From the NCBI RefSeq assembly GCF_001194135.2, contig NC_069001.1, positions 37,305,426 to 37,341,017 on the forward strand: a DNA stretch of 35,592 nucleotides. Reading direction: 5' to 3'. The notes beneath the pieces were generated by a model that did no database searches, was not told the DNA's origin, and saw only the letters and a program-made list of their open reading frames with translations. Position 1 is the stretch's first letter; every line of letters begins with the position of its first letter. The DNA is from Octopus bimaculoides. Its lineage: Eukaryota. This document shows, piece by piece, positions 10,140 to 21,101 of this stretch. The translations under genes and the position numbers were made by a program.

Positions 10140-10540
10140 TTTTTTGGTCCATGAAACATGAAGACAGTATTGCAGATCACATCTAATCTTCAGATGACAT
10201 TTCTAGTGAACAAAAACTTCCATGAGAAGAGAACGTGACCCAGAATTATACATGTTTCATCCCATATAGTCGGTGACAGTGAAATACTTAGGTGAAACCA
10301 GCTGCAACCTAAAAGCAATCTTAGTTGAGCTCAAAAAAGCTACATAAACTGGGGAGCAATAAAATTCAGGCACAGCTGATCACTGATAGAAGGAGAAGGG
10401 AAGTGACTGACTTTTGTAGACCAAAGGGAAAAACAACAATGAAAGATCAAAACAATAACCGAATATTAGAGGAATGCAAGAAGAAAGACTGCACAACCGT
10501 TTGACTTAATTCTATCTGAGGAGCTTTTTACACCCAATAT
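10140..10540 (+). mobile_element. Decayed Penelope-like element, GIY-YIG endonuclease region
   Basis: EENVTQNYTCFIPYS..KYLGETSCNLKAILVELKKAT*TGEQ*NSGTADH**KEKG; YLGET at 10285-10299; many stops. Confidence 0.7.
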
Positions 10541-10687
10541 TCTACATGTTATCATTTATAGCTCTATCTACTTTGAGTCCCACTGTTAAAATGATCTGTT
10601 TCTTATCTGTTGTACTAAAAAAAATAAATGAAAAATTCTTATGAGCAATGTATATATATGTATATATATGTGTGTGTGTGTGTGTGT

Positions 10688-11018
10688 GATCGCATATCCA
10701 GCCCACTCAAAAGTACCTTGCATCGTAGGGCGACATGCCATGCTTGAGGAGACCTATTGAGTCAAGTACATCAACATCAGTAATATCAAAATCAAATCAA
10801 GTGGAAATTGTTATTGTGTGCCCTGTGCCAGTAGCATGTAAAAAGCACCATCCAAACGTGGCCGATGCCAGTGCTGCCTAGACTGGCTTCCAGCTGTAGA
10901 AACACTGCCAGATCAGATTGGGACCTGGCGCAGCCTCCTGGCTCCCCAGACCCCAGTCGAACTGTGCAACCCATGCCAGCATGGAAAATAGATGTTAAAC
11001 GATGATGATGATGATGAT
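10688..11018 (+). mobile_element. SINE-like retroposon with (GAT)n tail
   Basis: CCAGCTGTAGAAACACTGCCAGATCAGA...CCCATGCCAGCATGGAAA...TAAACGATGATGATG; same family as 1700 and 26717. Confidence 0.75.
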
Positions 11019-11032
11019 GTGTTCACACATGC

Positions 11033-11066
<34 letters not shown>

Positions 11067-11096
11067 GTTTATATCGTATTTACTATTTTAACACAG

Positions 11097-11173
11097 GTGA
11101 ATCTCAAGATGTAGTAGTGGCTGACCTGACACAACAATGTGACAGTTTACAAAACCAAATCAGAGAAATGGAG
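11097..11173 (+). CDS. UBXN11: UBXN11 coding exon 6 (S-ESQDVVVADLTQQCDSLQNQIREME)
   Basis: TTAACACAG acceptor, GAG|GTCAGT donor, phase 1 to 0. Confidence 0.93.
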
Positions 11174-11740
11174 GTCAGTGTTTGACTCTACCAGTCTGCC
11201 TTATCCACCTTGTCCATCATGTCTGTGGCCACCACCACAACACCTAGGAGTGTACAATATTTAGATTAGACAGTAGAGAGAATGAAACATGTCCAGAGTG
11301 TCACCGCACTCAACTTCAATTCTTCCCTGCTCCTGTGTAAGGAGTCCAGATTAAGGGCTATAGTATTTGAGTGATTATTTGCACCCTATTGTCCTTGGGT
11401 ACCTTTAGTAGGGTCCACTCTGTTCTCATCCTGTTTTCACCTTTTAGGGGCCAACCCACTTAAAGCAACTTCCTGTTTAAAAGTGTTTTAAATCAAAACT
11501 GGTCATCAACATTTTGATATTCATATTCCAAACACCAGTTTAATAATGAGTTATTTCACTAAATTCTTCACTATTTCCAAAATTAATTTAAACAAAGGCA
11601 GGGTATTTCAACAGAAATATGGTGTTCTAAACTTACCAGTAAATAACATGGTGACTCTCAATTTAAGGACCTTGTTCTCATGTAAACAGGGCCCAAACTA
11701 TTATCTTTATAAAGGTGTAATTATGGGCTCAGTGACTTCA

Positions 11741-12068
11741 TCAATGGGGGATCTGTTACTTTGTCAACAGGAGTAAGAATACAGCCTCACTATAGGGTCA
11801 GATCCCTGCTTCAACAGGGGGCCTGTTACTGTCTCACCAGCGCTTGGATAACAGCCTCAATAAGGTCACTTTTTACCTCCATGGGGGTCAGATTACTGCC
11901 TTGACAGGGGTCTGTTAATGTCTCTCTAGGGCTACCTTCAGTAGGGGCTGGGTTGCTTTGTCAATAGAATGTCACTTATTGTCTTCATAGGGGTCAGATT
12001 ACTTCAGTAGGAATTTGTTAGCGTCTCACTAATGGTCTGTTGTGGCCCCAATGGGGACCTAGGTAATA
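11741..12068. repeat. Degenerate minisatellite, about 15 units of about 22-23 bp
   Basis: Units such as TCAACAGGGGGCCTGTTACTGTC and TCCATGGGGGTCAGATTACTGCC. Confidence 0.65.
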
Positions 12069-12109
12069 TTTTGCCCAGCCTATTCTGTAATTGTATCACC
12101 CTTCTCCAG

Positions 12110-12221
12110 GATTTCCTCTATGACTATGGCCTGATATGGGTTGGAGAATCAAGAGGTAAACGAAAGAAATCAACACGCAGGAAGAGTAGCATTACTTATG
12201 ACCCGTGTTTGTGGAGCTCAG
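12110..12221 (+). CDS. UBXN11: UBXN11 coding exon 7 (DFLYDYGLIWVGE...DPCLWSS)
   Basis: CTTCTCCAG acceptor, CAG|GTATGA donor; conserved FLxDYGLxWVGE motif. Confidence 0.95.
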
Positions 12222-12287
12222 GTATGAACTCATATTTACTCCTTCTAATATATATTTGTGTGTGTGAGTGTGTATGTTTGTGTATCA

Positions 12288-12715
12288 ACAAAGTGGTATC
12301 AAAAAGTTCCAAGACTCGTTATGTTTAATTAAAAATTAATTATTTACCTAAGATTTAACATCATCTTCTTTGAAATAGTCACCTTGCACAGCAATACACT
12401 GGCCCCAACGTTCTTGCCCATTTCGGAATCTGGCCTGAAAGTCATTTTCTGTAAGTGAGTCGAGGACCTTCTGTGATTTGCTCTGGATTTTGACAACAGT
12501 GTTTAAACGGCAACCTTTGAACTGTGTTTTCATCTTGGGGAAGAGATAGAAGACCTCAGGTGCTAAATCCGGCAAATAGGACAGGTGCTGAAGTGATGCC
12601 ATGTTGTTTTTGGTGAGAAATTCGCAAATGAGGAGAGTTCAGTGGCAAGATGCAATGCTGGTGTGACGAATCCAATTCTTGGCACTCTACAGATCCAGTT
12701 GCTTTCACTGAATGT
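12288..12715 (-). mobile_element. Decayed mariner transposase C-terminus and 3' TIR
   Basis: SAKNWI...EFLTKNNMASLQHLSYLPDLAPEVFYLFPKMK...QERWGQCIAVQGDYF (YSPDLAP-like motif); TIR-like GTGGTATCAAAAAGTTCC at about 12293. Confidence 0.9.
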
Positions 12716-12926
12716 AGACCATGTAAACAATTCTTTCTTCTAGAGGCACAAGGCCTGAAATTGTGTGGGAAGATGGGGGTGGGTAGTCGATTAGATTGAC
12801 CCCAGTATTTGACTGGTACCTTATTTTTATCGACTCTGAAAGGATGAAAGGCAAAATCAACTTTGGCTGTAATCGAACTCAAAAGACTGTGCAAATAATA
12901 ACCAGAATTATTGTTTGTTTCTGTAG

Positions 12927-13057
12927 AGGAGTCCATTCCAGAGAAGTCAGTGAAAGTGGATTATGATGTCGTCATTCAGAACATTAAAGAATTGAACTTG
13001 TTGGCAGGAGAAGGAGTTGCCAATGTGGAACCAACAAAGGATGGTGCCAGACTGAAG
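12927..13057 (+). CDS. UBXN11: UBXN11 coding exon 8 (E-ESIPEK...VDYDVVIQNIKELNLLAGEG...DGARLK)
   Basis: TTTCTGTAG acceptor, AAG|GTAAGT donor, phase 1 to 0. Confidence 0.95.
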
Positions 13058-13543
13058 GTAAGTAATATTCCTTGTTAACAACTTCTCTTCATTATCAGAC
13101 AGACAGTCTTACCATTATTGTAAACTGAGGAAGTTTACAGGATTTTGCATCAGCAGTAATTAATAATTCACAGGAGAGCTCATAGGACTACTTGTTACAT
13201 AGATTTTCTTCTTTCCTTTTTGCTATTTAATCAGGGAAGGAAGGGTCACACCCATGATCTTGTAGTTTTTAGGGCCTCTGTGACTGGTAGAAGGAAGGGA
13301 GAAAGCCGATCTGCAATCAGCAGGGCTGGCCTGAATACTTACAGGTGCCATGTGGGGAGGGTAACAAATTAACTCTAGCACCCATGCAGCTGGAATACAA
13401 AGAGCTGCAATCAATAGTGGGTGCCATTTCTGAAGACTCTCTCAATCCTAACAATCCACTGACCTGAATCTTTGCACTATAACAGTACACCTAACACCTG
13501 TGAGGTATTGCTATCTGTACTCGTAGATAGCACCACCACCATC

Positions 13544-13754
13544 TACGAGGCGGTGCTGAAAAGTTCCTCGCTTTAAGGATATTGCCAAAGACCTAGTTGG
13601 TGGCCCAACCTTCCAAGGTCTTTTACATAGCTTAGAAGGACCACTGCAATAAGTGTTTGAATCTGAGAGAGGAATATGTTGAATCAAACCATAACTGATT
13701 CTCCTGCATTTTTCTTTTACCCAAAGCCAGGAACTTTTCAGCAACCCCCTCACA
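13544..13754. mobile_element. Mariner-type MITE, both TIRs present
   Basis: TA+CGAGGCGGTGCTGAAAAGTTCCTCGCTTT ... AAAGCCAGGAACTTTTCAGCAACCCCCTC; imperfect TIRs of about 30 bp. Confidence 0.85.
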
Positions 13755-13885
13755 CACTGCAACATGGCACTCCCCTATGCATATACAATCTACCACACTT
13801 TAAATACCACATGGTACTCTAATTATATATATTCTCTGTTTTATACACTGTTTGCATTTCTCTCTTTCTCTCTCTCTCTCTCTAG

Positions 13886-14053
13886 TACACAGAATCTGCA
13901 GCACTGACCCTGTATAAAAACGGAATCTTTTTGCTGAATGGGCCGTTCCGACCCCTTTCTGACCCAGCAACTCGTCGCTGTTTGTATGACATCATGGAGG
14001 GTTACTTCCCTTCAGAGCTTCAATCTACTTATCCAGAGGGGATCCCCTTAAAG
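13886..14053 (+). CDS. UBXN11: UBXN11 coding exon 9, SEP domain core
   Basis: YTESAALTLYKNGIFLLNGPFRPLSDPATRRCLYDIMEGYFPSELQSTYPEGIPLK; (CT)n-TAG acceptor, AAG|GTAAAT donor. Confidence 0.96.
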
Positions 14054-14109
14054 GTAAATCAAACGCTTTGATATAATTCATTGTTGTCGTTGTTGTCATT
14101 GCTGTCGTC

Positions 14110-14330
14110 AAGGCAACAAGCTAACAGAATTGTTATCACTCTGGGCAAAATGCTTAGTGGCATTTGCCTCATGGCTATGTTCTGAGTTCAAATTCTGCTG
14201 AGGTTGACATTGCTTTTCATTCTTTTTGGGTCAATAAATAAAATACCAGTGAAACACTTGGGTCAGTGTAATTGACTAGTCCCCTCTCTTCAAATTTCAG
14301 GCCTTGTGCCTTTAGTTGAAAGGATTATTA
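14110..14330 (+). mobile_element. tRNA-derived SINE (family B)
   Basis: GCTAACAGAAT...TTCTGAGTTCAAATTCTGCTGAGGTTGAC...TTCATTCTTTTTGGGTCAATAA...GGCCTTGTGCC; paralogous to 23261-23478. Confidence 0.75.
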
Positions 14331-14840
14331 CCATTATTGAGTGAGAGAGCAGTGCATGCCATCAAAGTGACACTAGGGTACAAATATACGAAGCCCAGTA
14401 TACCCATCATGACTACCCGTCTGATAAGGGTACACCAGGCACATGCATCACAACCATATGTGAGCAACATGGTGATCTCATATCAAGATAAACAGCACAT
14501 GACCTTGTAGGTGGGGCCCAGTTAGAATTTTCTTCAAGTTGAATAGCCCATCCTGCTCAAAAGGTCCCTGATAAGGGTTATTTAAAGATGATGAACAAAA
14601 CACCCATGTTTCCAGAGGTGAATAATTTAAACCACAAAGAATTCTTCTCCACACATGGCTCTGATGCTCCTCCGCTAATGCTTGTGATCAGCAATGCACA
14701 TTAGGGATCAGAGTAACTTAAGTTAGGGAAGAAGGCCTGTTGAAGCAGGGAACTCAGTCAATGTCCCCCTCTTGTCAAACCCTTTCTCTTGTGACTCCAA
14801 TTCTTACTCTCTGTTTCTCTTCTCTTCTCTTTTTTGAAAG

Positions 14841-15000
14841 GTCATAGACAACAGGAATGTAGAATACACTATACAGCCGCTCAGCGCTTTCCCTGGGATT
14901 GGACAGCACCTAAATGGCATGAGACATGATACTTCATGTTTACATACTCATAGAAATCCAGAATCAACTCCTTGTATCCAACACATGACACAGCCACATG
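14841..15000 (+). CDS. UBXN11: UBXN11 coding exon 10 (VIDNRNVEY...AFPGIGQHLNG...QPH)
   Basis: TTTTTGAAAG acceptor, ATG|GTAAGT donor, phase 0 to 1; FPGxG motif at the SEP C-terminus. Confidence 0.93.
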
Positions 15001-15339
15001 GTAAGTTCACCTGTAACAATGGGAAAGGAATTATCTCTGCTTTCAGTCCCTTATCACATGTTACACTAAGCCACAGTATAACACTGTCTCATACGCCTCT
15101 CCACATTACACTCCAATATGATACTGTACTGTACAAGGTAACAGCCCTGATTACTCTTTTCCCTGTCACCCCTTTATATCCTGCTGCACTGTTCACTGTT
15201 GTAGTGTGCACTGCATGTTTAGTTCACAGAATCCATTGTAGTGTACACTACAGACTCTGACTGTCCATGTTGATGGAGTTTGATGCGTTATGAAATGTCT
15301 TAGTGTGTAGATGTGTTTCAATAGATATAAGACACATCA

Positions 15340-15640
15340 CCACCACCACCACTAACAACATCATCATCATCGCACAGATCTACAACACTATTTACTCTTA
15401 ACTCACAACTTAAAAACACACATTATCTCTACTCTAGATAGCATCCACCTCCATCATGTGTTCATATCCCTATCACCACCACCATCAACAACAACTCCAC
15501 TACAAATACCACTACAATTACTACCACTGTCACCATCCCTACTGCCACCATCCCCACTGTCACCCCTCACTCCATTGTCATCCTCCCTCGCTGCCACCAT
15601 CAACCCCCCCCCCTATTGCCACTCATCTCAAACTTCATCA
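15340..15640. repeat. Cryptic CAC/CAT trinucleotide tract
   Basis: Low-complexity sequence producing H- and P/S-rich shadow ORFs. Confidence 0.75.
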
Positions 15641-15702
15641 ATAGCAAAACCTGATAACTTATCTCTAACTGTCCCCCAAACTATTTTATCTCCCTCCCAC
15701 AG

Positions 15703-15806
15703 AACCCCGGCTGTCAGCTGACCAGTTCCTTAAGAAACTCCCAAGCTGTGTCATCAAAGATGGCAAGAAAATTGAAGTGAAGAAATCTATTGAATCTCTG
15801 CTGAAG
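15703..15806 (+). CDS. UBXN11: UBXN11 coding exon 11 (E-PRLSADQFLKKLPSCVIKDGKKIEVKKSIESLLK)
   Basis: CTCCCACAG acceptor, AAG|GTAAGT donor; FLxxLPxxVIxxG motif. Confidence 0.95.
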
Positions 15807-15880
15807 GTAAGTCCTTCCGGAAAGATCTTAATGGCACCAGATGATGAAGTACTAGAAAGAAACCGTTATTAAGATCGGAT

Positions 15881-16032
15881 GACACAGACATAGCTGTGTG
15901 ATTAAGCAGTTTGGTTCTGAGCCACATAGTTTTGGGTTCAGTCCCACTGCCTGGCACCTTGAGCAAATTTCTTTTATTATAGCTGTGGGCCTACCAAAGT
16001 AGATTTGGTAGTTGGATACCAAAGGAAGACTA
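15881..16032 (+). mobile_element. tRNA-derived SINE head (family A), followed by a (TCTA/TCTG)n tract
   Basis: GCTGTGTGATTAAG...GGGTTCAGTCCCACTG...GGCACCTTGAGCAA. Confidence 0.7.
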
Positions 16033-16327
16033 TCTGTCTGTTTGTCTGTCTGTGTTTCTATCTATCTATTTATCTATCAATTTGTCTCTGTCTGTCTGTC
16101 CATCCGTCCATCATCTGTCTGTCAATCTATCTCTCTATCCGTCCATCTCTAATAGATCTATCTATCTACCTACTTATCTACCTTCCTTCCTTCTCTTGTG
16201 TGTACAAATAGATGTACAACAGCCACCGTTAAATTTAAGGCTCCACATAGATTGTCATAGTTCAGTCTGCATCCAGTATAATGGTTAAGTATTATACTTA
16301 GTACACTTATTAGTATTACTAGTTATG

Positions 16328-16430
16328 AAGGCAGCAATCTGGCAGAATTGTTAACATGCTTGACAGAATGCTTAGTGGCATTTCATTCGTCTTTGTGTTC
16401 TGAGTTCAAATTCTGCTGAGGGTGATGTTA
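16328..16430 (+). mobile_element. SINE family B head fragment
   Basis: GGCAGCAATCTGGCAGAATTG...TTCTGAGTTCAAATTCTGCTGAGG. Confidence 0.65.
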
Positions 16431-16569
16431 CCCCTGAATTTGCTGGCCATATATCAAAGTAATTCCATGACTTTGTTGACATACACAGTTAGAGACAGGC
16501 CTGTAATTTTTAGTATCTGCTCTGCTTCCCTCTTTGTAGACAGGATGAATTAAACCTTTCTTTAACTTT

Positions 16570-16750
16570 CTGGGAAGTCTACCGCTTGCAAGGAAACTTT
16601 AGAAGAGAATCTGCAGTTGTCTTTGCTAGGGCCCCTTTGCATTTTTTAGGTTGTAGCGCAAAACTTCTGTATCTGGTATGAAACATTCGCACTTGACACC
16701 GAAAATACGTCTGAGGCACTTTTGATGAAATCTCTCCGGCATTTTTATGA
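16570..16750 (-). mobile_element. RTE/BovB-like LINE fragment (post-RT region)
   Basis: IKMPERFHQKCLRRIFGVKCECFIPDTEVL resembles the LERFHQRCLRRIL..W...IPDTEVL motif. Confidence 0.75.
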
Positions 16751-17217
16751 TATACATACATACATACACGCAGGTCACTTGACGAGATGGGGTAACAGGA
16801 CCCAGAAAAGGTTCGACCATGTGGCAGAAACACACAAATACACATGCCAACACACACACACTCACGTCAATGTGTGCTCGTAGGAAGAAGGAGAGAGAAA
16901 GGGGAAAACAGAAAGAGTACGAATTCTCACTTTTTAGTGTTTAAAAAAAAAAGTTTGTAGATCAACGTTAATAGTGTAAGGGAGGTAATTCGTCACAAAC
17001 TAATTTTAAACTGCAGATTGTAATATAGTGTGCTGCTGAACCTCTCCGAATACCACTCGTATTCAGCTACTACCATTTATACGACTACAGCCTGTACTGC
17101 CACAGTTATCTCACATTACGTCTCTTATAACCACGACTATACCATTGCAGCCCACAACATTACGACCAGCTTTGTAGCACGATTGCTCCCCTCCCTACAC
17201 ACGCGCACTACTCTAAC

Positions 17218-17610
17218 GTTGTTGTTGTTGTTGGCACTCCGTCGCTTACGACGTCGAGGCTTCCAGTTGATCCGATCAACGGAACAGCCTGCCCGTGAAA
17301 TTAACGTGCAAGTGGCTGAGCACTCCACAGACACGTGTACCCTTAACGTAGTTCTCGGGAATATTCAGCGTGACACAGTGTGACAAGGCTGACCCTTTGA
17401 ATTACAGGCACAACAGAAACAGGAAGAAAAAGTGAGAGAAAGTTGTGGTGAAAGAGTACAGCAGGGTTCGCCACCATCCCCTGCCGGAGCCTCGTGGAGC
17501 TTTACGTGTTTTCGCTTAATAAACACTCACAACGCCCGGTCTGGGAATCGAAACCGCGATCCTATGACCGCGAGTCCGCTGCCCTAACCACGGGGCCATT
17601 GCGCCTTAAC
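17218..17610 (-). mobile_element. Well-preserved tRNA-derived SINE with (CAA)n tail
   Basis: A-box TGGCCCCGTGG (17588-17598), B-box GGTTTCGATTCCC (17543-17555); CpGs retained; (GTT)n on plus at 17218-17232. Confidence 0.88.
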
Positions 17611-17689
17611 ACTCTAACATTACAATATCAATATCACCACAGTGTAGGAAAGATAAATAGCAATGGCCTGTTGTTCCTAAAGCTTTGAG

Positions 17690-17890
17690 ATGAAAATGGT
17701 TCTTTACGTAGCAAGTACTCACTTAATGCACAAAGATGATCACACAATAACATGGAGGTTTAAAGATTGGCACTTGCTGGATTATGTCATCATTTGCAAG
17801 CATGATATCTATGACATTTATAATGGCAAGTCCTTTCATGGTTCAGTGTGTTGGTCAGACCACTGTTTGGTGCAAGCAAAGTTCCAGATA
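17690..17890 (+). mobile_element. RTE-like LINE AP-endonuclease C-terminal fragment
   Basis: TW..KDWHLLDYVII...SFHGSVCWSDHCLVQAKF (DY and SDH motifs of APE). Confidence 0.8.
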
Positions 17891-17984
17891 GGGACGTTTT
17901 TTGTTTTGTTTTTTGCTTGTTCTTTTATGAATGTTTTTTGCTTTGTTTAGAAGAGGAGAAAATTGTTTTGTTTTTGTGGAGAAA

Positions 17985-18645
17985 CAGAAATACCCTTTAG
18001 AATAAATAAACGATGAACCTAAGCATCACACGACCAAGGACACGAAAGGGAAAAAATTAATGAAGTTAGGATTCCATTTATTAATATGCACAATCCTGGG
18101 GTAACCAGCATTTTTTACACCATAGGATCAACCCTATCAATACTTCTACATAGCCCCAAAATGAAAAATCTGATTGATGAAAACCTCTTATGAAACAGTA
18201 GACTCCAGCCAAAATATCTCACACCTCACAAAAGAATGAATCAGAACTCTCAGTAAAAGAATGGAGAGATAGCAGATGTGGAACATGCAACAACAACCTC
18301 AAATATTTAGAAAGTTCCCATGTAAAATTGAAAAGCAGATTCTTGTTCAAAGTAAATGCATATATGAAGTGCAAAACACAGAATCTCATATACGGCATCA
18401 CTTGCCCCAGCTGCATGGAGAATTATATTGGCAAAATAAACAGTTCACTTTGCCAAAATGCAAAAATCCACAGACAACACATCTGACAAGAGGAACTATG
18501 CAAGATTCCACTGAGCAAGCATCTAGAAATATGCAGTGAAGGAATAACAAAATCTCCCCCTCTTACAAAATGTTCAAAAGATAACCCAAAGTTCCAAAAA
18601 GCAATGGAGCTACACCTCACCAAACAATTCTCTCCAAAATCAAAT
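17985..18645 (+). mobile_element. Penelope-like element 3' fragment with GIY-YIG endonuclease
   Basis: DSRCGTC...CKTQNLIYGITCPSCMENYIGKINSSLCQNAKIHRQHI*...PLSKHL...KAMELHLTKQFSPKSN; IY at 18388-18393, YIG at 18424-18432. Confidence 0.88.
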
Positions 18646-18789
18646 GTTTGAAAGAGAAGCAGGGGAATTGCATTTTGCCAAAAGGATTGGAAAGAGACAT
18701 CAATGTATGCTCAATGGTTCTAGATAAGAACAGAGATCTGTCTGCAGCAGTTAAGAGCATTGTTTACGATTCTCTAGAGCTGGTTCTTC

Positions 18790-19053
18790 TTTCTCTTTTT
18801 CGTCCTCTCCATCTGCCTCTCTCTCTCCCTCTTTCTCTCTTTCTTCTCCCCTCTTTGTCTGTGCCTTCCTCTTTCTTTATGTCTCTTTCTGGAAGATCTG
18901 GGAAAGGGTAGGGTCTGTTAAGTTTAGATACCCCAGACAAGATTGACGCTTTTTGGTACAACTATTTGACATCGCTTATTCAACACTGACTTATTTGGCA
19001 AGAGATGTTCCAATGCTTCACGGTCTCTCTTTCTCTGTCTGTCTCTCTCTTTG

Positions 19054-19094
<41 letters not shown>

Positions 19095-19150
19095 CTCTCT
19101 CACAGCGTCTAGTTATGGTTGTATGTAATATCTTCCTCTCTTTCTCCGTC
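18790..19150. repeat. (CT)n-rich polypyrimidine tracts
   Basis: Long CT/CTT runs. Confidence 0.85.
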
Positions 19151-20351
19151 TCTCTTTATCTCTATGTACATATTACTGCACATGCATGCACGCGTTTTAT
19201 TCTATTGGCAAAATGCAGTCACCAAAGCAGGTTTATCCTCCAGACAGCCACTTCCGATCTGTCCCTTTCTACCCGAGACACACCGTCTACCCAGCAGTGC
19301 CTCATGACTTCAGGCAAGGAAACAATTGTTCTCTCTGTTGCCACTGATCTTCTCGCTCTCTCTCTCTTTCCTTCTCCATTAAGTGCTCCGCTTGCCGCTC
19401 TACATTGTTCTGGCGACATTGTTCTGGCTGTCAAGCACACACACGCACGAACGCACGCACAAACACACACACACACACACACACACGCACGCACGCACAT
19501 ACACGTTCCCTGATTCGTGATAAAGCCCCACCCAAACATCAATAGGGGAAAATATAATCATTTCATGTGAAACTAGTTTCAGAGAAGTGCAGGTAAATGT
19601 GAAAGAGCGGGAAAGAGAGAGAAAAGAAGAAATGTGAACCCGAATCTCTAATATACAGGCGACAGTGTCTATTAGCATACCTACATGAATGTTATTACTG
19701 GTGTTGTTGTGTGCGTGCGTGTGTGTGTGTGTGTGTGTGTCAGAGAGAGAGAGAGAAGGGCTGGTTACAAATATAGATTATTGTTCTTTTATTGGTTAAA
19801 CCAAACAGGATGTAACTTGGCAGTGGTTGGACTTTGGACGGGCGTTGTCGATATATATATATATATATATATATATAGAGTTATTAATATTTCTAAGTCT
19901 CTCATATATATANNNNNNNNNNNNNNNNNNNNNNNNNNNNNNNNNNNNNNNNNNNNNNNNNNNNNNNNNNNNNNNNNNNNNNNNNNNNNNNNNNNNNNNN
20001 NNNNNNNNNNNNNNNNNNNNNNNNNNNNNNNNNNNNNNNNNNNNNNNNNNNNNNNNNNNNNNNNNNNNNNNNNNNNNNNNNNNNNNNNNNNNNNNNNNNN
20101 NNNNNNNNNNNNNNNNNNNNNNNNNNNNNNNNNNNNNNNNNNNNNNNNNNNNNNNNNNNNNNNNNNNNNNNNNNNNNNNNNNNNNNNNNNNNNNNNNNNN
20201 NNNNNNNNNNNNNNNNNNNNNNNNNNNNNNNNNNNNNNNNNNNNNNNNNNNNNNNNNNNNNNNNNNNNNNNNNNNNNNNNNNNNNNNNNNNNNNNNNNNN
20301 NNNNNNNNNNNNNNNNNNNNNNNNNNNNNNNNNNNNNNNNNNNNNNNNNNN

Positions 20352-20383
<32 letters not shown>

Positions 20384-20662
20384 CTATATATATGTATATG
20401 AAAGAAGGTTTGAAAATGCAATTTTAAAGATGTTTATTCACTTAACCTGTTTAACTTTTTTAGAAAAAGATTGTCAAAAGTAAAATGTAAAGCTTTGTAT
20501 ATAAGCTTTGTTGTGTTAAGTACTGGTTGTCACAAAAGTATTAAAGTACATATACATTCTTTGATAATAAGAAAATGTTAAAAACTGTTTACAAGAAAGT
20601 ATTCAACAAAAAGTATTAGGAGTTCAATAAAAATCATGTTTGTTTGGTAGTATATATATACA

Positions 20663-20775
20663 CAGAAGGAGATATATTTGAAAATTTACAAAAAATTGCA
20701 GAGGAACCGACCTGTCTTTTTGACAGGTCGGTTCCTCTCCAATTTTTTGTAAATTCTTAAATATATCTCATTCTG
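20663..20775. mobile_element. Palindromic MITE-like hairpin, 54-bp arms, 5-nt loop
   Basis: 20663-20716 pairs with 20722-20775 with 4 non-Watson-Crick positions; inner 17 bp are perfect; TA-rich flanks. Confidence 0.85.
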
Positions 20776-21101
20776 CTATAGCCTCAGGCTGACCACAGCC
20801 TTCTGAGTAGATTTGGTAGACAGAAACTGAAAAGAAGCATGTCGTATATATATGTGTATACATACATACATACATACATATAAATATATATATATTTATG
20901 TGTTTGTCTTTGTGTCTGTGTTTGTCCCGTCACTTGAAAACCAATGTTGGTGTGTTTACATCCTCATAACATAGCAGTTTGGCCAAAGAGACCAATAGAA
21001 TAAGTACCAGGCTTACAAAAAATAAGTCCTGCGGTTGATTCCTTCGACTAAAAGGCAGTGCTCCAGCATGGCCACCGTCAAATGACTGAAACAAGTAAAA
21101 G
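20776..21101 (+). mobile_element. SINE family A body and tail (headless)
   Basis: TATAGCCTCAGGCTGACC...GATTTGGTAGACAGAAACTGAAA...CTCCAGCATGGCCAC...GAAACAAGTAAAAGA. Confidence 0.8.

Noticed and set aside
10516-10540. Second hammerhead (CTGAGGA after the Penelope fragment)
   Set aside because: No downstream GAAA box or stem II; at best a dead remnant
11741-12068. CRISPR-like array
   Set aside because: Eukaryotic intron; units are contiguous and diverged with no unique spacers; no cas genes
14335-14700. 64-aa ORF (14316-14510) in a long non-repetitive-looking stretch
   Set aside because: Looks like an interspersed repeat from memory, but I cannot classify or support it from the window alone
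17535-17610. tRNA gene
   Set aside because: A and B boxes are present but run into a SINE body and tail; no convincing cloverleaf or acceptor stem
18764-18961. R/E-rich minus-strand ORF
   Set aside because: Reverse translation of (CT)n-rich sequence
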